Virus record (IMG/VR): IMGVR_UViG_2585427767_000006
Source: a virus
Taxonomy: Duplodnaviria > Heunggongvirae > Uroviricota > Caudoviricetes
Length of the DNA stretch: 47,449 nucleotides
Strand: one strand, 5' to 3'
Shown: piece by piece, positions 38,346-46,341 of the stretch
Layout of the letters: every line of letters starts with the position of its first letter
Position numbering within the stretch: the first letter of the stretch is position 1
Notes under the pieces: generated by a model
What the model was told of the DNA's origin: nothing
Database searches by the model: none
Seen by the model: the letters and a program-made list of their open reading frames with translations, nothing else
Program-made: the position numbers and the translations under genes

Positions 38346-39416
38346 TTACCCCCTGAAGCCCGGTGGAATTTCGGTATCCGGTTCAGAAATATGATTCACA
38401 CAACGCTGGTTGTTCGTGCCGCTTACCGGGAGCAACCAGGGGTTCTCAAAATTCCGGTCCGGTCCAAAAAACGTCGTCGCTCGCTGAACAAATTCCGTTC
38501 CCGTTTTCCCGGTAGCCGCCAGGTATCTTGCGTAACGCCTCACGCCATCCAGCATGGCCTCTGGTGGCACCCCCTCGCGTAATCTGGCCTTCCAGGCACT
38601 GAAAGCGGATTTCTTCGGGTTTGCTCCGGCACGCAACGGGTACTCCCGCCAGACCTGTTCGAACACATCCGGATAATCCACTCGTCCCACAGACTGCCCG
38701 GTGTTTTCCGGGACTACCCGATCGGCTTCCCGCTGAATGGCGGAATCGGCTTCGGGCTGCTGCAGTTGGTGTGATTGCTCCGGCCTTGCGGTCATCACCT
38801 GCTGCACAGCGCCCGAATCGGCTTTCAGCGCATACGCTGAATCGGCTTCCGGTGTCGTGCCTGCTGGCTGACCAAGATTGACGGTCTGAACATCCCCTGC
38901 CTGGTTCGTGGCGTTTTTTACGCCATGGACCATAGTGTTTTGATCTTCTTGATCTGTATCTTTATCTGTATCTTTATCTGTCGTGACTCGTCGTGACATG
39001 TGCGTGACATTTCGTGACGCGCCGTGACAATCGCCATTTTGTTCCCGCTTTCTTTCCCTCTCTCGCTGCGCCCTCTTGCGCTCTGCAGGAGATTTTGCGG
39101 TTTGCGAAATATTGCCGTTGTCCTCTTTAAGCACCTGGCGTTTTTCCCATCCAGTGATTAAATCACCATCAAGTCCCCGCCCCTGCATCGTCTGCAAAAT
39201 TGAATCAATTACCTCTTCTGTCACGTCGAGCGCACTTGCCAAATCTTCTGTCGTGACATCAATGTGACCTCGCGTGACATTTCGTGACGCGCTCACCAGG
39301 AGGTGGATATACACTGCCATCACTGTTGCAATTGGCTGCCCTGACACCCTGGCAATTGTTCGCCACTTAGGGTCATTTGGCATGTCATGCCATAATCTGA
39401 GCCAGGCGTTAGCCAT
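38346..39416 (-). CDS. Replication initiation protein (O-like) with internal origin iterons
   Basis: Position after cro/YdaT-like genes; two clusters of phased CGTGAC repeats inside the ORF; start at ATG 39416 with SD GAGGTGA (ORF-track GTG at 39422). Confidence 0.6.
   Translation of the reverse strand: MANAWLRLWHDMPNDPKWRTIARVSGQPIATVMAVYIHLLVSASRNVTRGHIDVTTEDLASALDVTEEVIDSILQTMQGRGLDGDLITGWEKRQVLKEDNGNISQTAKSPAERKRAQRERERKREQNGDCHGASRNVTHMSRRVTTDKDTDKDTDQEDQNTMVHGVKNATNQAGDVQTVNLGQPAGTTPEADSAYALKADSGAVQQVMTARPEQSHQLQQPEADSAIQREADRVVPENTGQSVGRVDYPDVFEQVWREYPLRAGANPKKSAFSAWKARLREGVPPEAMLDGVRRYARYLAATGKTGTEFVQRATTFFGPDRNFENPWLLPVSGTNNQRCVNHISEPDTEIPPGFRG
38982..39288. repeat. Putative replication origin: two iteron clusters (CGTGAC repeats with ~10.5-bp phasing)
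   Basis: CGTGAC at 38982, 38992, 39003, 39013, 39023 and (C/T)GTGAC at 39252, 39263, 39273, 39283; the 19-mer CGTGACATTTCGTGACGCG occurs in both clusters; AT-rich tandem repeat TCTGTATCTTTA x2 adjacent. Confidence 0.6.
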
Positions 39417-39487
39417 ACTCACCTCTTTTGATACCGAATCTTTTTACTCACAAATTGCCGGAAGTGATCCGGTATGAATATTGCGAG

Positions 39488-39913
39488 TCAATGCACAGCC
39501 ACAATATTTCCTGCAGGGCCACCACGATTCATCTGGTTGAAACCAGCGATCGCCACTGCGACAAAATCATCAGCGTCTCTCACCAGTCGTTCCCGCGTCT
39601 CCACTAGTTCCCGAAAATAGGCTGAGCTATGACTGCGCATTCGGGCCACCAGCAGAGGTGGCATTGCTTTTTCGATAGCTGGTAACAACGCCTGAATTTT
39701 TTTAACCGCATCAGGGGTGTCTTTCTCCACCCAGCGGAAAATTTTCTGAGTATTGCGAGCCAGGGCTTCCGGATGGCTGTCGTCATACAGTTCTGGGAAC
39801 GTCATACCCAACTCAAAATAAGCCTGGGTTATTCCAGCTGCTGGAACTTTTTCGCCATCAGGACGCGCCCAGGCATTCATCGCCATGCGGATGTGTTCAT
39901 GCTTGATTTTCAT
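39488..39913 (-). CDS. YdaT-like protein (CII-position regulator of Rac/Qin-type prophages)
   Basis: N-terminus MKIKHEHIRMAMNAW as recalled for YdaT; ATG overlaps the stop of the cro-like gene. Confidence 0.65.
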   Translation of the reverse strand: MKIKHEHIRMAMNAWARPDGEKVPAAGITQAYFELGMTFPELYDDSHPEALARNTQKIFRWVEKDTPDAVKKIQALLPAIEKAMPPLLVARMRSHSSAYFRELVETRERLVRDADDFVAVAIAGFNQMNRGGPAGNIVAVH

Positions 39914-40164
39914 GAATCAACTCCCATCAGCTTTTTCGTAGTAGTTTTATTCCTGCCAATAGTTAAAATTGCATCGGCAGAAAATAATCCGTTTGATGCA
40001 AGAGCGATTTTTTCAGCGTAATTTGTTTCGCCGGTATATTCTGTGCGAGGCAATTTTCCGTTATCCATCCATTTATAGATTGCTCTTTGGCTGACACCAC
40101 AAACGTCGGCCACAACAGCAACGCGAACAGTTTTGATTACATCTTCAAGTGTTTTCTGGTTCAT
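39910..40164 (-). CDS. Cro-like HTH regulator (DicC/YdaS position)
   Basis: 84-aa product from ATG 40164 with HTH VADVCGVSQRAIYKW; divergent from the repressor gene across an operator-rich 79-bp spacer. Confidence 0.7.
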   Translation of the reverse strand: MNQKTLEDVIKTVRVAVVADVCGVSQRAIYKWMDNGKLPRTEYTGETNYAEKIALASNGLFSADAILTIGRNKTTTKKLMGVDS

Positions 40165-40243
40165 ATCACCCTCACAATGTGAACTTTTAGTACATGCTAT
40201 AACAGAACTGACAGTACATTCAAGAGCGAATATCATTGAACTT
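40165..40243. promoter_or_regulatory. Right operator / divergent promoter region (OR-like)
   Basis: Three direct ~15-bp operator-like repeats GAACT-N4-(A)GTACAT / GGTTCAT at ~40181, ~40205, ~40237 between the divergent cro-like and repressor genes. Confidence 0.55.
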
Positions 40244-40663
40244 ATGGTTCATGAAGATAAAGCGCGTAAAGAGTTCGCCAGTAGGCTTGCGCTAGCCTGT
40301 GAAAACGCTGGTTATGAACAACATGGAAGGCAGGCAGAAATTGCCCGTCGAATGAAATTAACACCAAAAGCGGTTAGCAAATGGTTTAATGGCGAAACAA
40401 TTCCTCGCCGGGAGAAATTAAGGGAATTAGCAACACTAATAGGAACAACACCAACCTATCTTTTGGGAGAGGATACAGAAGAAAGTGGACAGGTACGTTT
40501 CTATCAGGAGTTAAATCCAAGACAAAAAATCATCATTGACCTTCTGGACGAGCTCCCTGACAGTGAGACAGATGAACTTTTAAAAACTCTTGAAGAGAAA
40601 AAACAGAAGTACAATGCAATTTACGAAGAGTTAGCACGAAAGAAAAAACAAAAAGCCTCTTAA
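40244..40663 (+). CDS. Prophage repressor, DicA-like (XRE-family HTH, no peptidase domain)
   Basis: 139-aa product from ATG 40244; HTH region RQAEIARRMKLTPKAVSKWFNGE; acidic/helical C-terminus resembling DicA; divergent from cro-like gene. Confidence 0.75.
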   Translation: MVHEDKARKEFASRLALACENAGYEQHGRQAEIARRMKLTPKAVSKWFNGETIPRREKLRELATLIGTTPTYLLGEDTEESGQVRFYQELNPRQKIIIDLLDELPDSETDELLKTLEEKKQKYNAIYEELARKKKQKAS

Positions 40664-40734
40664 ACCAGCATAAATCCGGTAGCGCCTTCCTCCGGGTTTG
40701 TGCTTCACTTTATCCCATCTCATTTTTTTACACA

Positions 40735-40785
40735 CAAAATGTACTAAAAGTACTTTACAACAATGAACGAAAAGTACATTATATA
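40735..40785 (+). promoter_or_regulatory. Left operator / early-left promoter (OL/pL-like)
   Basis: ATGTACTAAAAGTAC (inverted copy of the OR repeat) and GAACGAAAAGTACATT (direct copy) overlap a TTTACA-N17-CATTAT promoter reading toward the ydfA-like/dicB genes. Confidence 0.45.
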
Positions 40786-40959
40786 CCTGCCACCACCCCG
40801 CCCCACAGAATGCAGGGCAATACTTCGAGTTACCAGGCAGTGGTCAGGGGTTAAGTAGCCAGCCCGAGGCGTAAGAACATGACGGCAGGGTTCAACTTTA
40901 ATAACTATGCAGCAGGTTTTTGTTCCGCTACCCCGGCGTTAAGGGGAAATGAGGTCAGC

Positions 40960-41112
40960 ATGGATACTATCGAGCTTGGCAACAACGAATCTCTGGTATG
41001 CGGCGTGTTTCCCAACCAGGACGGCACGTTTACCGCGATGACATATACCAGAAGCAAAACGTTTAAAACTGAAGCTGGCGCGCGTCGCTGGTTAACCAGA
41101 AACACTGACTGA
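40960..41112 (+). CDS. YdfA-like small protein (DUF1391-like)
   Basis: 50-aa product MDTIELGNNESLVCGVFPNQDGTFTAMTYTRSKTFKTEAGARRWL with SD GAGGT, first gene after the repressor as ydfA is after dicA in Qin. Confidence 0.55.
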   Translation: MDTIELGNNESLVCGVFPNQDGTFTAMTYTRSKTFKTEAGARRWLTRNTD

Positions 41113-41123
41113 TGAGGTTGACG

Positions 41124-41462
41124 ATGGAATTTAAAGATTTACCTCCTTCAATCCAGGAGATTGCAGCACACACACTTCGTCATCGTCTGAACGAACTTGA
41201 ATTGAAATCGGTAACAAAAAAAGACACTGATAATATGGCTCGTAATGTGCGCGATGCGTTTACTGGGCTGTTTTCAGATACAGCTTTAAATATCCATGGC
41301 ACAGAGGATACAGCAAAACAATTTGCAGAAAAAGAAGTGGAAGATCCCAGTTCAAAGAGCCAGAAACAGCCAAACAACCATGAAATTAACGAACTGCTTC
41401 TGGCAACAGGCTTCATAAATATTAACGAATATGAACGCCGTAAAAAAATGTTATCTGATTAA
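41124..41462 (+). CDS. Hypothetical protein (112 aa) of the early-left operon
   Basis: ATG 41124 preceded by SD GAGGT; ORF-track start 41112 is also in frame; no recognisable motif. Confidence 0.45.
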   Translation: MEFKDLPPSIQEIAAHTLRHRLNELELKSVTKKDTDNMARNVRDAFTGLFSDTALNIHGTEDTAKQFAEKEVEDPSSKSQKQPNNHEINELLLATGFININEYERRKKMLSD

Positions 41463-41645
41463 TCCATCAAGATATCTTTTTAGCATCAGCGTTTCTACGT
41501 TATTAAAACCATCAGATTTTAACATAGCTTCGATTCGCTGATTTAAATTGCCAACTAACTGTTGATACTGAGTAGATGGAAGCATGTGTACCAGCTCCTT
41601 GAGAACACAATAACATGCACCAAGTTTTAACTCCTGCTCTGACAT
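41451..41645 (-). CDS. Hypothetical small protein (64 aa), antisense to the early-left operon
   Basis: ATG 41645 with strong SD GGAGGA 5 nt upstream; overlaps the 3' end of the convergent plus-strand gene by 12 nt. Confidence 0.35.
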   Translation of the reverse strand: MSEQELKLGACYCVLKELVHMLPSTQYQQLVGNLNQRIEAMLKSDGFNNVETLMLKRYLDGLIR

Positions 41646-41984
41646 TTTATCCTCCATTGAGGTTACTGGTTGAGAATGGAGACCTCTCGTGACAGCGTGT
41701 GGTCGTGCGCCGGACACGGATAAGAATCCGGCACTGACAGTTTACTGAAAGGATATTTCCCTGAAAAGTCAGACCATAACGCGAAAGCGCACGGCGAGGT
41801 AGCTGGTTCATAGATAGCCTGTCGTTAAATTTTCGTCGACCGTGCGCTTCCGGTTGTGGCAATCCGCGAAATGGCGCGGCGGTAAGTATGGCGGGGGTAT
41901 TCCTTCCCCCGTTGAGGACACCGGGTTGTCAGGTTGACCATACGCTTAAGTGACAACCCCGCTGCAACGCCCTCTGTTATCAAT

Positions 41985-42037
41985 TTTCTGGTGACTTTTG
42001 GCGGTATCAGTTTTACTCCGTGACTGCTCTGCCGCCC
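41985..42037 (+). ncRNA. dicF: DicF small RNA homologue (53 nt), with intrinsic terminator U-tract to ~42042
   Basis: Sequence TTTCTGGTGACTTTTGGCGGTATCAGTTTTACTCCGTGACTGCTCTGCCGCCC followed by TTTTT matches the E. coli Qin DicF sRNA as I recall it (one mismatch). Confidence 0.75.
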
Positions 42038-42325
42038 TTTTTAAAGTGAATTTTGTGATGCGGTGAATGCGGCTGAGCGCACGCGGAACAGTTAAAACCA
42101 AAAACAGTGTTATGGGTGGATTCTCTGTATCCGGCGTTAATTGTTAACTGGTTAACGTCACCTGGAGGCACCAGGCACCGCATCAACAAAGTTCACTTCG
42201 GTGATGAAAGGTAAGAGAAAATGTTGAATGTAGCTATTGAAAACCAGAACGGGTGGAATTATAGTGCACCTGCACCTCATAAAACGGGTGCCGGGCGTGG
42301 AAACCCGAAATCATTCACGGCGCAT

Positions 42326-42348
42326 AACCGCGCTCAGGCGGTTTTTTT
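42326..42348 (+). terminator. Intrinsic terminator between DicF and the Rha gene
   Basis: Stem AACCGC/GCGGTT, loop GCTCAG, followed by TTTTTTT. Confidence 0.6.
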
Positions 42349-42517
42349 ATGCGTTAAGCACAGCCACATTCGCATTATGGTGGGGCGTGCAGGGCAGCCG
42401 CAAGGCTGGCCGGGTTCCGTGATGACCGGTATTTCCACCCCTGTACGTCTCACCACCCTTATGGTCGTGGAAAACCTCGGTGGTGAGTTAATCAAATTCA
42501 TCGCGGAGGCTGCCATC

Positions 42518-43075
42518 ATGGCTACTATCCTTACCCTTTCTCACCCTGACGTAACCATCGAAAATGGTCGCGCTGTCACTACGTCTGTTGCGATCGCCGA
42601 GTTCTTTGGCAAACGCCACGAACGAGTGTTGGATAAAATTCGCAATCTGGACTGTTCAGCAAAATTCACTGAGCACAATTTTGTGTCGAGCGAATACACC
42701 GACTCAACCGGGCGCAAACTCCCAATGTACCAAATCACCAAAAACGGCTTCGTTTTCCTGGTGATGGGGTTCACAGGTAAAAAAGCCGCAACTTTCAAAG
42801 AAGCCTACATCGCTGAGTTCGATCGCATGGAGGAAGAACTGCGCCAGAATAACGCCCCGTCTCCCGACAAAATGATTCACGGGGACGGACGCACCCTGGT
42901 TATCCGTCTCGACGAACACGGCAATATCAAATTCACTGAAACCGTTCCTGACGGCGCAATGGTCTGCACCCTGGATACCTTCCGGTTTTATCTGGAGAAA
43001 CAAGGATGGACTCTTGTAAACCGGAGCGCAATTAAAAATATGACTGTGGAGCAATTGCTAAAAATTCATTGTTGA
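42518..43075 (+). CDS. Rha-family phage regulatory protein
   Basis: Rha signatures VAIAEFFGKRHERVLDKIRNL and MYQITKNGFVFLVMGFTGKKAATFKEAYIAEFDRME; start at ATG 42518 with SD GGAGG; the upstream part of ORF-track 42221..43075 contains a terminator. Confidence 0.75.
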   Translation: MATILTLSHPDVTIENGRAVTTSVAIAEFFGKRHERVLDKIRNLDCSAKFTEHNFVSSEYTDSTGRKLPMYQITKNGFVFLVMGFTGKKAATFKEAYIAEFDRMEEELRQNNAPSPDKMIHGDGRTLVIRLDEHGNIKFTETVPDGAMVCTLDTFRFYLEKQGWTLVNRSAIKNMTVEQLLKIHC

Positions 43076-43085
43076 GGACGCGATA

Positions 43086-43274
43086 ATGGAAACGTCACTA
43101 CCAAACGTTAATACGTCTGACGGGTGCTTTAATATTGGTGTTCTGCTCAGTAACAGGGATTTCACCGAGGATGCAATCAATATGAGAAAATATGAACCCT
43201 ACCTGCTGAATGACAATTCCATACTCTCCAGAATTGCCCTTCTTAAACTCGGTATTTTCGGAGAGTGGCGATGA
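43086..43274 (+). CDS. dicB: Cell division inhibitor DicB homologue
   Basis: 62-aa product METSLPNVNTSDGCFNIGVLLSNRDFTEDAINMRK... resembles Qin DicB over the N-terminal 35 aa as I recall it; SD GAGGA upstream. Confidence 0.75.
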   Translation: METSLPNVNTSDGCFNIGVLLSNRDFTEDAINMRKYEPYLLNDNSILSRIALLKLGIFGEWR

Positions 43275-43474
43275 ACACATTATTCGTACTCATTCTGACT
43301 GTACATCTCAATACTGGTGAGTCGCTTGATGCAATCACCGGCATGTACAACTCAATGAAAGAATGCATGGCTGCCGCAGCGGAACAGAAAATTCCCGGCA
43401 ACTGTTATCCGGTCGATAAAGTTATTCACATGGACAATAACGAAATCCCGGCAGGATTAAAAACAGCGCCGTAA
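43271..43474 (+). CDS. YdfD-like small membrane protein
   Basis: 67-aa product from ATG 43271 (SD GGAGAG); EQKIPGNCYPVDKVIH...EIPAGL as recalled for Qin YdfD; overlaps dicB stop by 4 nt. Confidence 0.55.
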   Translation: MNTLFVLILTVHLNTGESLDAITGMYNSMKECMAAAAEQKIPGNCYPVDKVIHMDNNEIPAGLKTAP

Positions 43475-43553
43475 TTAATATCCAGTTTCATTTTTATATG
43501 CCAGCAATGGCAGGGATTTGTTCACCCTTAAATCTGTAATGAGGTAAAACAAA

Positions 43554-46028
43554 ATGAGTAAAGTCTTTATTTGCGCTGCTATTCCTGATGAACAGGCCAT
43601 AAAAGAAGATAGCGCTGTTGCGGTGGCCACTGCCATTGAAGCTGGTGATGAGCGTCGCGCACGCGCAAAATTTCATTGGCAATTTCTGGAGCAATTCCCT
43701 GCAGCTCAGGACTGCGCTTATAAATTTATTGTCTGTGAGGATAAACCCGGCATACCCCGCCCTGCCCTCGATTCCTGGGATGCTGAATATATGCAGGAAA
43801 ACCGCTGGGATGAGGAGTCTGCTTCCTTTGTCCCGGTTGAGACTGAATCAGATCCGATGAACGTCACTTTTGACAAGCTGGTCCCTGAAGTACAGAACGC
43901 TGTCATGGTTAAGTTCGACACATGTGAAAACATCACCGTTGATATGGTTATTAGCGCACAGGAATTGTTGCAGGAAGACATGGCAACATTCGACGGACAT
44001 ATCGTTGAAGCGTTGATGAAAATGCCAGAAGTTAACGCCATGTATCCGGAGCTTAAGCTGCATGCCATCGGGTGGGTTAAGCATAAATGTAAGCCTGGTG
44101 CCAAATGGCCCGAAATTCAGGCAGAGATGCGCATCTGGAAAAAACGTCGCGAAGGTGAACGCAAGGAAACCGGAAAATACACGTCTGTTGTTGATCTCGC
44201 CCGCGCCAGAGTCAATCAACAGAACACTGAAAACTCAGCAGGAAAAATCAACCCAGTCACTGCCGCCATTTGTCGCGAATACAAGCAGACATGGAAAACG
44301 CTGGATGAAGAACTGGCCTACGCTCTCTGGCCTGGCGATATTGATACCGGAAACATTGACGGCAGCATCCATCGCTGGGCAAAAAATGAAGTTATCGACA
44401 AAGATCGCGAAGACTGGAAGCGCATTTCCGCATCAATGCGCAAACAACCCGATGCCGTTCGCTACGACCGTCAGACTATTTTTGGCCTTGTCCGTGAGCG
44501 TCCGATCGACATTCACAAAGATCCCGTAGCACTGAACAAATACATCACTGAATACCTGACTACCAAGGGCGTGTTTGAAGATGACGAAGGAACAAATCAG
44601 GGCACAGCTGGTACTCTCCCGTCACCAGTACCAGAAACTGATGCAGTGGAAACGGCAATGCCGGACAACGAAAAAACCGAATGCGAAGTGGAAGACGAAC
44701 CATCTGTAGAGCGTGAGGGACCGTTCTACTTCCTTTTCACCGATAAGGACGGCGAAAAATACGGTCGCGCAAACAAACTTTCTGGTCTGGAAAAAGCACT
44801 GGCCCTGGGAGCTACGGAAATCACAAAAGAGGAATACTTCGCACGTAAAAACGGTACATACTCAGGTTCACAACAAAATACTGGTGCATCTGACACGACC
44901 GCACAACCAGAGCCAGTAAAAGTTACCGCTGACGAAGTAAACAAAATTATGCAGGCAGCCAATATCAGCCAGCCTGACGCCGATGAACTGCTTGCAGTAT
45001 CACGTGGTGAATTTGTTGAAGGGATTAGCGACCCGAATGATCCGAAATGGGTTAAGGGGAACCAGACCCGCGATTCTGTGAACCAGAACCAGCAAGAAAC
45101 GGAACAGAACGACCAGAAAGCGGAACAAAACAGCCCAAATGCGTTACAAAACGAGCCAGAAACGAAACAGCCTGAATCAGTGGCGCAACAGGAAGTGGAA
45201 AAAGTCTGCACCGCCTGCGGTCAGACCGGCGGCGGCAACTGCCCTGATTGTGGCGCGGTAATGGGCGACGCAACATACCAGGAAACATTCGATGAAGAGT
45301 ATCAGCCTGAAGTTCAGGAAGATGATCCGGAGGAAATGGAAGGCGCTGAACATCCACACAAGGAGAACACTGGCGGCAATCAGCATCACGATAGCGATAA
45401 TGAAACTGGCGAGACGGCAGATCACTCAATTAAGGTGAACGGTCATCAAGAAATCACATCCACCAGCAGAATGTGGCACCACATGATGATCGACCTTGAA
45501 ACCATGGGAAAAAATCCCGATGCCCCGCTTATCTCAATAGGTGCAATATTTTTCGATCCGCAAACCGGAGATATGGGGCCGGAATTTAGTAAGACCATCG
45601 ATATGGATACTGCTGGCGGAGTCATTGATCGTGGCACCATTAAATGGTGGCTTAAGCAATCACGGGAGGCGCAATCTGCCATTCTGACCGATGAAATCCC
45701 GTTAGATGATGCACTGCTGCAATTGCGGGAATTTATCGACGAAAACTCCGGCGAATTTTTTGTTCAGGTCTGGGGAAATGGAGCCAACTTCGACAACACG
45801 ATTTTGCGCCGTTCATACGAACGGCAGGGGATCCCCTGCCCGTGGCGTTACTACAACGATCGCGATGTACGCACAATCGTTGAGCTGGGAAAAGCCATGG
45901 ACTTCGATGCTAGGGCGGCTATTCCATTCGAAGGTGAGCGCCACAATGCGCTGGATGATGCCCGTTACCAGGCAAAATACGTTTCAACTATCTGGCAAAA
46001 ACTGATCCCGAATCAGGCTGATTTTTAA
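43554..46028 (+). CDS. Large exonuclease-like protein with zinc ribbon and C-terminal DEDDh 3'-5' exonuclease domain (annotated in related prophages as exodeoxyribonuclease VIII-like)
   Basis: 824 aa; CTACGQTGGGNCPDCG zinc ribbon; C-terminal MMIDLETMG (Exo I), WGNGANFD (Exo II), HNALDDARYQ (Exo III) motifs; SD GAGGT. Confidence 0.7.
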   Translation: MSKVFICAAIPDEQAIKEDSAVAVATAIEAGDERRARAKFHWQFLEQFPAAQDCAYKFIVCEDKPGIPRPALDSWDAEYMQENRWDEESASFVPVETESDPMNVTFDKLVPEVQNAVMVKFDTCENITVDMVISAQELLQEDMATFDGHIVEALMKMPEVNAMYPELKLHAIGWVKHKCKPGAKWPEIQAEMRIWKKRREGERKETGKYTSVVDLARARVNQQNTENSAGKINPVTAAICREYKQTWKTLDEELAYALWPGDIDTGNIDGSIHRWAKNEVIDKDREDWKRISASMRKQPDAVRYDRQTIFGLVRERPIDIHKDPVALNKYITEYLTTKGVFEDDEGTNQGTAGTLPSPVPETDAVETAMPDNEKTECEVEDEPSVEREGPFYFLFTDKDGEKYGRANKLSGLEKALALGATEITKEEYFARKNGTYSGSQQNTGASDTTAQPEPVKVTADEVNKIMQAANISQPDADELLAVSRGEFVEGISDPNDPKWVKGNQTRDSVNQNQQETEQNDQKAEQNSPNALQNEPETKQPESVAQQEVEKVCTACGQTGGGNCPDCGAVMGDATYQETFDEEYQPEVQEDDPEEMEGAEHPHKENTGGNQHHDSDNETGETADHSIKVNGHQEITSTSRMWHHMMIDLETMGKNPDAPLISIGAIFFDPQTGDMGPEFSKTIDMDTAGGVIDRGTIKWWLKQSREAQSAILTDEIPLDDALLQLREFIDENSGEFFVQVWGNGANFDNTILRRSYERQGIPCPWRYYNDRDVRTIVELGKAMDFDARAAIPFEGERHNALDDARYQAKYVSTIWQKLIPNQADF

Positions 46029-46092
46029 TGTTCAACCCCGGTCGTTGCCCACCAGCTATAGTGGCGGCGACCATGATTAGCGAACGACGCTC

Positions 46093-46341
46093 ATGGCAAG
46101 ACTTATTCTGCTCACTGAGTGGGCAAAAGAGGAATTCAGTGAACCGGTCCCTACTCCGAGTACGTTAAGTAAATACGCTAAAGCCGGAATGATATTTCCT
46201 CTCCCCAAAAAAGTTGGAAGACGCTGGCGAGTGGATCCGCAAGCTCGCTTTGTCGGAATGGTAAACAAGCCGGAGGTGATCGCCACAGATCACCCTGCTT
46301 TGAAGAGGATACTGGAAGATGGCGCGCCCGCGAAAATATAA
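46093..46341 (+). CDS. xis: Excisionase (Xis-like DNA-binding protein)
   Basis: 82-aa protein MARLILLTEWAKEEFSE... directly upstream of and overlapping the integrase gene. Confidence 0.7.
   Translation: MARLILLTEWAKEEFSEPVPTPSTLSKYAKAGMIFPLPKKVGRRWRVDPQARFVGMVNKPEVIATDHPALKRILEDGAPAKI

Noticed and set aside
38941-39290. Possible CRISPR-like array suggested by short direct repeats
   Set aside because: The repeats are 6-bp iterons with ~10-bp phasing inside a protein-coding gene; no 25-40 bp repeats with unique spacers and no cas genes anywhere in the window.
42221-42517. N-terminal 99 codons of ORF-track entry 42221..43075
   Set aside because: This stretch contains an intrinsic terminator (42326..42348), lies just downstream of DicF and has no SD; the Rha domain starts after ATG 42518, which has a GGAGG SD.
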